A stretch of 64,000 bases of DNA from the NCBI GenBank assembly GCA_965248355.1, contig OZ252098.1, forward strand, positions 4,736,001-4,800,000, read 5' to 3'. Positions 10,924 to 18,718 of this stretch are shown here, piece by piece. The DNA is from Candidatus Latescibacterota bacterium. Lineage in GTDB: Bacteria; Latescibacterota; UBA2968; UBA8231. Under the pieces are notes generated by a model. That model was not told the DNA's origin. It saw only the letters and a program-made list of their open reading frames with translations, and did no database searches. The position numbers and the translations under genes were made by a program. Within the stretch, counting starts at the first letter, position 1; every line of letters begins with the position of its first letter.

Positions 10924-12471
10924 CCCTCTGGTTGCATAAGAACAGGGCTTTTTCCTCCTCCGAACGGCCCATTGTCACTTGCGGCGCCCTCTGAAAAAGG
11001 GGTATTTGATACTGTCGACCAAGACATGTATCGACCCCTTTCAGAAGGACACCGCAAGTGAGGTTCAGAAAAGAAGACATTTTGGCCCGTTTTCACAAGC
11101 TCCCGCATCTTCGCTTCGAGGATCAACAGCTGACTTCCTTTGCGGGAGCCATCGTTTTTCAACTGCTCTTCCGGCGCCTGGATCTGAAGACTCGGCTGAA
11201 GTCGTGCTTCCCCGCCAAGAGCTCCGCGATCTTTGGTCCCCATCTCATGGTGTTGTTGCTCATCGTGCATCTGCTGCTGGGCTTCCGGCGGCTGCGAGAC
11301 ATGGACTATTACCGGGACGATCCGGTGGTGCTGCGTCTGTTGGGCTTGCGCCGCCTGCCGGACGTGGCCACCCTCAGTCGCGCCCTCGCAAGAATGGGCC
11401 GTTCGAGTATCGAAAAAGTGCGCCACCTGTCTTCGGTCCTGGTGGTGCAGGCGCTCCAGCGCGAGCGGTTCCCCCGTCTGACCCTCGACTTCGACGGCTC
11501 GGTGATCTCCACTTGTGGTCATGCCGAAGGGACCGCCGTGGGCTATAATCCGAAAAAGAAAGGGGCGCGCAGCTATTACAACCTGTTCTGTACGGTGGCG
11601 CAGACCGGACAGTTCTTCGATGTCCTTCACCGCCCCGGCAACGTCCATGACAGCAAGGACGCCCATGCGTTCATGATGGACGCCTTCGATCGGGTGCGCG
11701 ACGCGCTGGCGCCTACCGTGCTCGAGTCCCGACTCGACAGTGCCTTCTTCAGCCAGGACACGCTCACGCTCCTGGACCTGTATGGCGTCGAATGCACGAT
11801 CAGTGTCCCTTTCGAACGCTTCCCCGTACTCAAGGACCAGATCGAAGCGCGCCAGCGCTGGCGCTTTCTCGATGAACACTGCGCCTATTTCGAGAGTGAC
11901 TGGAAACCCAAACGCTGGCCCGCCTCGTACCGATTTCTCTTGGTCCGCCGTGCGGTCGCGCGTCAGACCAAGGAACCGCTGCAACTGGATCTGTTCGAAC
12001 CCCGGCCCATCGATCATGAGTACCGCGTTCTGGTGACCAACAAGAGGATCTCGGCCCGCCGCGTGCTCCTCTTCCACTATGGCCGCGGCGCCCAGGAAGG
12101 GATCTTCGCCGAGGCCAAGCAACAGGCCGGGCTGGATCTGATCCCCACCCGGCGGCTGCTCGGCAACCAGATGGTGACTTTGTGTGCGATGATGGCCCAC
12201 AATCTGGGACGCGAAATGCAGATGCGGGCGCAGGCGCGATCCAACTATTCGCGCGCCAAACGCCCGGCGGCGTGGACCTTCCAGACCTTGGACACTCTGC
12301 GTCATCGCTTCATTCAGCGCGCCGGGCGCCTCACTCGGCCCAAGGGCGAGTTGACCCTGACCCTGAACTCCAATCCAAAAGTGGAAAAAGATCTGTTGCA
12401 TTTCCTCGAAACACTGAAGGATGCCGCCTGATCACACCACCGCCTTCAAACAGATTTATGCAACGTTAGGG
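10924..12471 (+). mobile_element. IS1380-family insertion sequence, 1548 bp
   Basis: Terminal IRs CCCTCTGGTTGCATAA (10924-10939) / TTATGCAACGTTAGGG (12456-12471), 13/16 match; 4-bp target duplication TAGA (10920-10923, 12472-12475); lower GC than flanks. Confidence 0.95.
11058..12431 (+). CDS. IS1380-family DDE transposase
   Basis: LTSFAG, TLDFDGS, GYNPKKKG.RSY, RPGNVHDS, RLDSAF, YGRG.QE...E.K, AHNL, LRHRFIQRAGRL. Confidence 0.92.
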   Translation: MRFRKEDILARFHKLPHLRFEDQQLTSFAGAIVFQLLFRRLDLKTRLKSCFPAKSSAIFGPHLMVLLLIVHLLLGFRRLRDMDYYRDDPVVLRLLGLRRLPDVATLSRALARMGRSSIEKVRHLSSVLVVQALQRERFPRLTLDFDGSVISTCGHAEGTAVGYNPKKKGARSYYNLFCTVAQTGQFFDVLHRPGNVHDSKDAHAFMMDAFDRVRDALAPTVLESRLDSAFFSQDTLTLLDLYGVECTISVPFERFPVLKDQIEARQRWRFLDEHCAYFESDWKPKRWPASYRFLLVRRAVARQTKEPLQLDLFEPRPIDHEYRVLVTNKRISARRVLLFHYGRGAQEGIFAEAKQQAGLDLIPTRRLLGNQMVTLCAMMAHNLGREMQMRAQARSNYSRAKRPAAWTFQTLDTLRHRFIQRAGRLTRPKGELTLTLNSNPKVEKDLLHFLETLKDAA

Positions 12472-12823
12472 TAGATGCGGACAAACCCGCCTTAATGAGT
12501 TCAGTAAAGAAGGCCTCAATCGGCGATCGCATCGGTCCACAATCTGAGGTACAATGGGCCCAAAGCTCGGCCAGCATTTCCGCCGCTTCAGTCTTTTCCG
12601 GTCGAGGATTCCATAGAGCTGTGAAGGCCTCTAATAGTGATTCGGAGCGGATCAAAGAGAATGCAATGGTCTCTTCGGGAAGCCCCAGTCCTGTCAGCTT
12701 CCTCATGTTCCGCAGAAGGGGAGTAAGGCGGTAGGTCTCTTTCCAGATGTGCAGCTTGCCAGGGCCGGGCATGGGATGCGCCTCCTCTAAGCCTTATTCG
12801 CGGAGAACCGGGCGCCCTCAGAA

Positions 12824-12841
12824 CTCAGGGGCACCCCTGAG
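12824..12841. promoter_or_regulatory. Perfect 8-bp inverted repeat upstream of the 144-aa gene (candidate operator)
   Basis: CTCAGGGG-ca-CCCCTGAG, about 50 bp upstream of ATG 12772. Confidence 0.35.
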
Positions 12842-12864
12842 CCCAAGGTAGAAAAAATCGGGCG

Positions 12865-12912
12865 GGCGATGCCGGGACGAAGGCCCGGCCACCCGGGCCC
12901 AGCTCAACCACC
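12865..12912 (+). repeat. Non-coding copy of a segment of the last NHL repeat (partner 14981-15029)
   Basis: ggcgatgccggg-acgaaggcccggccacccgggcccagctcaaccacc vs ggtgatgccggggacggcggcccggccacccgggcccggctcaaccacc (44/49). Confidence 0.92.
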
Positions 12913-13009
12913 GAAGGGGCGGCCGATGCCGTCTGCATCTCCCGGGGCCGGGTGCCGCCCGCGCCCGAAGGTGGCACCGGGTCCGCGGGCGCGCCAGTCC
13001 GCCTCCCTT
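12912..13009. repeat. Intergenic repeat copy C: left part shared with B, right part shared with A
   Basis: Core GATGCCGTCTGCATC at 12925-12939; direct alignment with copies A and B. Confidence 0.9.
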
Positions 13010-13087
13010 GCCGGAGGCGGCCGGCGGAGTGAGCTTTCGCCGACCCGTCATGCCGTCCAGCCTCTCCTCCCTCCCGTCCCGCCGCCC

Positions 13088-15115
13088 GTGAGCCTGTCCC
13101 GGCTGCTCGCCGGGCTGGCGCCCGGCCACATCACCACCATCGCCGGCGTCGGCTACCTCGACGGCGTGCCGGCCCGGGAGGCCCCCGCCGGCACGCCCCA
13201 GGGAGTGGTGCGCACCGCCGCCGGGGACCTGATCGTGCTGGACATGTGGGGTCACCGTATCTGGCGCATCGACACCGATGGGGTGCTGCATCTCTTCGGC
13301 GGCGACGGCGTACCCGGGGGGAGAGGCGACGGCGGCCCGGTGGCCGGGGCCCGCTTCCACGATCCCCACGATCTGGCCCGCGACCGGCACGGCCACCTCT
13401 ACCTGACCGACCTGGGCAACCACGCGGTGCGGCGCATCGACATCGACACCGGGATCATCACCCGGGTCGCCGGCTCGGGCCGCGTCGGCTGGGGCGGCAA
13501 CGGCGGCCCGGCCCTGGAGTGCGAGATCGACAACGACTCCGGCATCGCCGTCGACGACGACGGCAACGTCTACCTCTCCTGCGAGTGGTCGAACGTGGTC
13601 CGCCGCATCGATGCCCGCACCGGCGTCATCGAGCACTTCGCCGGCCTCGAGGCCCGGCATCACGGCCTCGAGCGCGGCGCCAGCCGGCCCTTCTCGGGCC
13701 CGTGGCTCAGCCTCGGGGGCTACTCGGGCGACGGCGGCCCGAAGGAGCGGGCCGGCTTCCACCACCCCGAGCATCTCGCCTTCGACTCGAAGGGCGACCT
13801 GTACGTGTGCGACAACTCGAACGACCGCATCCGCAGGATCGACATGACCACGGGCCTGGTCAGCACCGTTCTCGGCAACGGCATGCGGGCTTCCAGCGGC
13901 GACGGCGAGCTCGGCCCGGAGGCGGCCGTGTTGATGCCGGACGCCCTGTTCTTCGACGTCCATGACAACATGTACGTGGGCGAGAAGTACGGTTTCCGCG
14001 TGCGCCGGGTGGACGCGAAGACGGGGCGCGTCTCCACGGTGGCCGGCAACGGCCGGCCGGGGTGGGGCGACGAGGGGCTGCCGGGTCCCGAGAGCCGCAT
14101 CAACTCGGTGGAGGCCGGTCTGTGGGCCGACCCCGACGGCACCGTGTTCTGGGGGGACTCCTCGGGCCGCCTGCGCCGGTGCGACGGCCCCACCGGCATC
14201 GTCACCACGGCCCTGGGGGGCACCTCGATCCACGACGGCGGACCCGCCGCGGCGGCCTTCCTGCGGGGGCCTTGCGGCCTCTCCGTGGCCGGGAACGGCG
14301 ACATCTACGTCGCCGACATGTGGAACCAGCGGGTGCGCGCCATCGATGCCGCCACCGGCGTCATCCGCACCGTCGCCGGCGAGGGCGCGCGCGCCTACGG
14401 GGGAGACGGCGGGCCGGCGGCGGAAGCCTTCCTCGGCAACCCGGCCGACGTCTCCGCCGGACCCGGCGGAGACGTCCTCATCGCCGACACCCGCCACAGC
14501 CACGTGCGCCGCGTGGACGGCTCGGGCGTGATCCACAACTTCGCCGGGGCCGGCTTTCCCTGGGACCTCGGCGACGGCGGGTCGTCTATCAACGCCTGCC
14601 TCATCTCGCCCGCCGCGGTCGAGCACGGCCCGCGGGGCGACGTCTACATCGCCGACGCCGGCGCCCACCGGATCCGCAAGGTCGACGCCGAGACCGGGAT
14701 CATCACCCCCGTCGCCGGCAACGGTCTCGACGGCTGCACCGGGGACGGCGGTCCGGCCCGCCAGGCCCGCATCGGGCGGCCCGAGTCCCTGCGCTTCGAC
14801 GGCGCCGGCAACCTGTTCTTCGTGGACAGCGCCTCCTGCGTCGTGCGCCGCGTCGATGTCGCCTCGGGCCGGATAGAAACCGTCCTCGGCTGCGGCGCCG
14901 AGGGCTTCTCCGCCGACGGCACGCCGGCGCGGGAGGCCCGCCTCGGCAGCCCCCGGGGGCTGGAAGTCACCGCCGACGGGGGTGATGCCGGGGACGGCGG
15001 CCCGGCCACCCGGGCCCGGCTCAACCACCCCTGCGGCCTGCGCCTCTACGGGGACGGCCTGCTGCTCATCAGCGACCACTGGAACAACAAGCTGCGCGCC
15101 GTCCGCCTCGGGTAG
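13088..15115 (+). CDS. NHL-repeat beta-propeller protein
   Basis: Repeated GDGGPA..A....P.g...d..G.lYiAD..n.rIRrID..TG.I.tvAG.G units; start chosen at GTG 13088 (uncertain). Confidence 0.9.
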   Translation: MSLSRLLAGLAPGHITTIAGVGYLDGVPAREAPAGTPQGVVRTAAGDLIVLDMWGHRIWRIDTDGVLHLFGGDGVPGGRGDGGPVAGARFHDPHDLARDRHGHLYLTDLGNHAVRRIDIDTGIITRVAGSGRVGWGGNGGPALECEIDNDSGIAVDDDGNVYLSCEWSNVVRRIDARTGVIEHFAGLEARHHGLERGASRPFSGPWLSLGGYSGDGGPKERAGFHHPEHLAFDSKGDLYVCDNSNDRIRRIDMTTGLVSTVLGNGMRASSGDGELGPEAAVLMPDALFFDVHDNMYVGEKYGFRVRRVDAKTGRVSTVAGNGRPGWGDEGLPGPESRINSVEAGLWADPDGTVFWGDSSGRLRRCDGPTGIVTTALGGTSIHDGGPAAAAFLRGPCGLSVAGNGDIYVADMWNQRVRAIDAATGVIRTVAGEGARAYGGDGGPAAEAFLGNPADVSAGPGGDVLIADTRHSHVRRVDGSGVIHNFAGAGFPWDLGDGGSSINACLISPAAVEHGPRGDVYIADAGAHRIRKVDAETGIITPVAGNGLDGCTGDGGPARQARIGRPESLRFDGAGNLFFVDSASCVVRRVDVASGRIETVLGCGAEGFSADGTPAREARLGSPRGLEVTADGGDAGDGGPATRARLNHPCGLRLYGDGLLLISDHWNNKLRAVRLG

Positions 15116-15120
15116 GTCGA

Positions 15121-15157
15121 GGCGCCGCCCTCGACCGGCTGAAGGCGGACCCCCGCC
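15121..15157 (+). repeat. Diverged direct repeat 1b (copy of the 3' end of gene 2712-4586)
   Basis: Encodes GAALDRLKADP vs GAALDLLKAGP; fills most of the NHL-sulfatase intergenic gap. Confidence 0.55.
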
Positions 15158-15166
15158 TGACCCTCC

Positions 15167-16576
15167 TCAAGCCTCGTCCAGCGGATAGCGCTCGTCGCCC
15201 ACCGCCTCCTGCAGCCGGTGCAGCTCGTCCGTCAGCTCCCTCCGCACGGCCGCGTGGGCCTCGTCGTGGTAGAGGCTGCGCAGCTCGTTCCCGTCCGCCT
15301 GCAGGTCGAACAACTCCCACTCCGGCGGGTGCCGCTCGTCGCCGGTGCCGGCCTGGCCGCAGCCGTCGTTGTAGAAGTAGATCAGCTTGTGGCGGTGGGT
15401 GCGCACGCCGTAGTGGGCGTAGACGTTGTGGGCGCCGTCGCCGTGCATCCAGTAGCGGTAGTACATGGACCGCTGCCAGTCGGGGGGCGTCTCGCCGCGC
15501 AGCAGCGGCCGGAAGGAGCGGCCCTGGAACTCGTCGGGGATCGTCACCCCCGCCAGGTCGAGGAACAGCGGCGCGAAGTCGACGTTGAGGACGAACTCGT
15601 CACAGGTGGTGCCCGCCTTCACCTCCCGGGGCAGGCGCGCCACGAAGGGCATGCGCAGCGACTCCTCGTACATGAAGCGCTTGTCGAACCAGCCGTGGTC
15701 GCCGAGGAAGAACCCCTGGTCGGAGGTGTAGATGACGAGGGTGTCCTCGGTCAGCCCCTCCCGGTCGAGGTAGTCCAGCAACCGCCCCACGTTGTCGTCG
15801 ACGGCGGCCACCACCCGCAGGTAGTCCTTGATGTAGCGCTGGTAGCGCCAGCTCCTCTCCTCGCCCGGCGACAGGCGGGAGGGGACATCGGCCTTCAGGT
15901 CCTTCCACTGCAGATCCTCCATGCGCATGCGCGCCGCCGCCGCCGCGGCCGAGCGGTTCTGGTAGTCGTCGTCGAAGGTCTCCGGCTCGGGGATCTCCTC
16001 GTTTTCGTACAGGCCCGCGTGCACGGCGTCCGGCTCCCACTCGCGGTGCGGCGCCTTGTGGTGCACCATGAGGGCGAAGGGCCGGGTGCGGTCCCGGTTC
16101 CGGAGCCATTGCAGGGACATGTCCGTGATCAGGTCGGTCACGTAGCCCACGTGCACGCGCCGGCCCGCAGGATCGATCATCACCGGGCTGTGGTAGAGGC
16201 CCTGCCCCGGCAGCACGCGCCAGTCGTCGAACCCCGCCGGCTCGTGGTCCGGCCCCTGCCCGAGGTGCCACTTGCCGAAGATCGCCGTCTGGTAGCCCGC
16301 CTCCCGCAGCAGCTTCGGGTAGGTCGTCAGGCGGTTGTCCATGTGCGTCGACAGGGTGGTGACGCCGTTGACGTGGTTGTAGGTGCCGGTGAGGATCGCG
16401 GCCCGGCTGGGCGTGCAGATGCCGTTGGTGCAGAAGCAGTTGTCGAAGCGCATGCCCTCGTCGGCGATGCGGTCGAGGTTGGGCGTGCGGTTGATGCGAC
16501 TCCCGTAGCAGCTCATGGCGTGGGAGGCGTGGTCGTCGGACATGACGAAGAGGATGTTGGGGCGGTCGCCGGGCAT
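15167..16576 (-). CDS. Formylglycine-dependent sulfatase (S1 family)
   Basis: RPNILFVMSDDH, CTPSRAAILTG (CxPxR), GKWHLG, YTSDQGFFLGDHGWFDKRFMYEESLRMP; no signal peptide. Confidence 0.95.
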   Translation of the reverse strand: MPGDRPNILFVMSDDHASHAMSCYGSRINRTPNLDRIADEGMRFDNCFCTNGICTPSRAAILTGTYNHVNGVTTLSTHMDNRLTTYPKLLREAGYQTAIFGKWHLGQGPDHEPAGFDDWRVLPGQGLYHSPVMIDPAGRRVHVGYVTDLITDMSLQWLRNRDRTRPFALMVHHKAPHREWEPDAVHAGLYENEEIPEPETFDDDYQNRSAAAAAARMRMEDLQWKDLKADVPSRLSPGEERSWRYQRYIKDYLRVVAAVDDNVGRLLDYLDREGLTEDTLVIYTSDQGFFLGDHGWFDKRFMYEESLRMPFVARLPREVKAGTTCDEFVLNVDFAPLFLDLAGVTIPDEFQGRSFRPLLRGETPPDWQRSMYYRYWMHGDGAHNVYAHYGVRTHRHKLIYFYNDGCGQAGTGDERHPPEWELFDLQADGNELRSLYHDEAHAAVRRELTDELHRLQEAVGDERYPLDEA

Positions 16577-16578
16577 GG

Positions 16579-18711
16579 CTACTCCTTCTCGGGGCGGATC
16601 AGCAGGTTTCCGTAGGCGTCCACGTCCGCCCGGTACCCGGGGTGCAGCAACGTCGTCGAGTCCAGTTCCTGCACCACCGCCGGACCCTCGATGCGGGCCC
16701 CCGCGCCGAAGCCGGAACGCTCGTACACCGGACAGTCCACGTAACCGCCCGACTCCTCGAAGTATACCGCCCGCGATCCCGCCGGGCCGGTGCCGGCGTC
16801 CGCCTCCAGCCGCCGGAGCTCCGGCTTGGAGATCTCCCCCACCGCCGACAGGCGGATGCTGACGATCTCCACCGGCTCGTGGGGGGCCTTGAAGCCGTAG
16901 GCGCGCTCGTGCTCCTCGTGGAAGCGGCCGGCCAGGCGGCGCACCTCCTCCGGGGGGAAGGCGGAATCCTCGACCTCCACCGCAAGCTCCCAGCTCTGCC
17001 CCACGTAGCGCAGGTCGAGCTGGCGGACGAACCTCATGCGCGCCGGATCGACGCCGTCCGCGGCCAGGGCCTGGCGCCCCTGTGTCTCCAGGGCCTCCAG
17101 GGCCGACGCCAGGGTCTCTCCCCCCGTCGCTGCCAGGGGCTCCAGGTGGGTGGCGTTGAAGTCGTGGCGCAGGTCGGTGACCAGCAGGCCCATGGCGGAA
17201 AAGGTCCCCGGGCTCGGCGGCACCAGCAGCTCCGGGATCTCCAGCTCCCGGGCCAGCCGGTTGCCGTGCAGGGGTCCGGCCCCGCCGAAGGCGACGAGGG
17301 TGAAGTCCCGGGGATCGTAGCCGCGTTGGATGGAGATGCGGCGCAGGGCGCCGGCCATGGCCGAGTTGGCGATCTCCACGATGCCGCGGGCGGCTTCCAC
17401 CGTCTCCAGCCCCAGGGGTTCCGCGCAGCGCTCCCGGACGGCGCGCGCCGCCGCTTCCACGTCCAGACCGATCTCCCCGCCGAGGAAGTAGTCGGGGTCG
17501 AGACGGCCGAGGACCAGGTTGGCGTCGGTGATCGTCGGCTCGAGTCCGCCGGCGCCGTAGCAGGCCGGCCCCGGGTCGGCCCCCGCGCTCCTCGGCCCGA
17601 CCCGCAGGGCGCCGCCGCGGTCGATCCAGGCGATGGAGCCCCCGCCGGCGCCGATCTCCACCAGGTCGATGACGGAGCTGCGGATCGGATAGCCCCCGCC
17701 CCGGGCCCCGTGCTCGCTGGAGACCGCCGCCGAGCCGACCTCGTACTCCTTGGTGATGCCGGGGGCGCCGTCCTGGACGAGACCCGCCTTGGCGGTGGTG
17801 CCGCCCATGTCGAAGGACATCAGGTCCCGGCGCCCCAGCCGGCCGCCGAGGGCCCCCGCGGCGATCACCCCCGCCGCCGGACCGGACTCGACCATGTAGA
17901 CCGGCTTCTCCGCCGCCGCCCGGAAGGAGTAGACGCCGCCGCTGCTCTGCATCAGCAGGAGGGGGGCCTCCAGCCCGGCCTCTCTCAGGCGCGCCTCGAT
18001 GCGCTTCAGGTAGCGGGAGACGGCGGGGCGGATGCCGGCGTTGATCACCGTGGTGCTGGCGCGGAAGTACTCGCGGAAGTCGGGGGCCACCTCGCAGGAG
18101 AGGGAGACGGCCTCGGCGCCGAAGCGCTCCCGCAGGATCTCGCCGGCGCGCTGCTCGTGGCCGGGATTGGCGTAGGAGTGGAGGAAGCAGACGGCGATCG
18201 ATTCCACGCCCTCGTTCTGGAGCCGCGCGGCCGTCTCCCGGAGGGCGGACTCGTCGAGGGGGCGGACCACCTCGCCGGACGCGTCGAGGCGCTCGGGCAC
18301 CCCGAAGCAGCGGTGGCGGGGCACCAGGGGCGGCGGCTTCTCGAAGTGGACGTCGTAGAGCGAGGCCCGGATCTGGCGCTGGATCTCCAGCAGGTCGCGG
18401 AAGCCCTCGGTGGTGACGAACCCCGTGGACGCGAGGCGGCCCTCGATGATGGAGTTGGTGGCCACCGTCGTCCCGTGGACGACGTAGCTCACCTCCTCGG
18501 GCGAGACCCCCGCCTGGTCGAGGATGCGGGAGGTGATGCGCAGGAAGCCCTCGGAGGGGTCGGCGGGCGTGGAGGAGAGCTTGCAGATGTGGACCTGGCC
18601 GCTGGCCTCGTCCACGAGGGTGGCGTCGGTGAAGGTGCCGCCGATGTCGACGCCGAGGCGGAAGCTCCGCGGCACGGGCGGCGCCGGCCCTTCGGCCTCG
18701 GGCGGGACCAT
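16579..18711 (-). CDS. Hydantoinase/5-oxoprolinase subunit A (ATP-dependent)
   Basis: GVDIGGTFTD, HGTTVATN, ESGPAAG, DMGGTT, GAGGGSIA, SAGADPGPACYG, AFGGAGPLH. Confidence 0.93.
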   Translation of the reverse strand: MVPPEAEGPAPPVPRSFRLGVDIGGTFTDATLVDEASGQVHICKLSSTPADPSEGFLRITSRILDQAGVSPEEVSYVVHGTTVATNSIIEGRLASTGFVTTEGFRDLLEIQRQIRASLYDVHFEKPPPLVPRHRCFGVPERLDASGEVVRPLDESALRETAARLQNEGVESIAVCFLHSYANPGHEQRAGEILRERFGAEAVSLSCEVAPDFREYFRASTTVINAGIRPAVSRYLKRIEARLREAGLEAPLLLMQSSGGVYSFRAAAEKPVYMVESGPAAGVIAAGALGGRLGRRDLMSFDMGGTTAKAGLVQDGAPGITKEYEVGSAAVSSEHGARGGGYPIRSSVIDLVEIGAGGGSIAWIDRGGALRVGPRSAGADPGPACYGAGGLEPTITDANLVLGRLDPDYFLGGEIGLDVEAAARAVRERCAEPLGLETVEAARGIVEIANSAMAGALRRISIQRGYDPRDFTLVAFGGAGPLHGNRLARELEIPELLVPPSPGTFSAMGLLVTDLRHDFNATHLEPLAATGGETLASALEALETQGRQALAADGVDPARMRFVRQLDLRYVGQSWELAVEVEDSAFPPEEVRRLAGRFHEEHERAYGFKAPHEPVEIVSIRLSAVGEISKPELRRLEADAGTGPAGSRAVYFEESGGYVDCPVYERSGFGAGARIEGPAVVQELDSTTLLHPGYRADVDAYGNLLIRPEKE

Positions 18712-18718
18712 GCTCCGC

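Larger units (their letters stand above)
10786..12772 (-). pseudogene. 144-aa hypothetical gene (possible HTH) interrupted by IS1380
   Basis: GAGGAGG RBS before ATG 12772. Removing the IS and one TAGA joins ...KAGLSAS to TVTESLGHSPVMIQATL...QRVEQDE* in frame (435 nt). Confidence 0.85.

Noticed and set aside
10786..12772. 144-aa gene as a tyrosine recombinase (LGHS motif resembles box II)
   Set aside because: Too short, no H-x-x-R and no suitably placed catalytic Tyr; an HTH reading fits at least as well.
12971..12985. Sigma54 promoter TGGCAC-N7-GC
   Set aside because: The -12 element lacks TTGC and the site is not conserved in repeat copy A (tgggac).
9249..13009. Integron cassette array with attC sites
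   Set aside because: Repeats lack RYYYAAC/GTTRRRY ends and long imperfect hairpins; no IntI in the window.
12865..15029. Diversity-generating retroelement TR/VR pair (3 of 4 substitutions are at A in the non-coding copy)
   Set aside because: Only 48 bp, includes an indel and a C/T change, no reverse transcriptase in the window, the target is not a C-type lectin/Ig tail, and the other repeat pairs show no adenine bias; AT-biased decay explains it.
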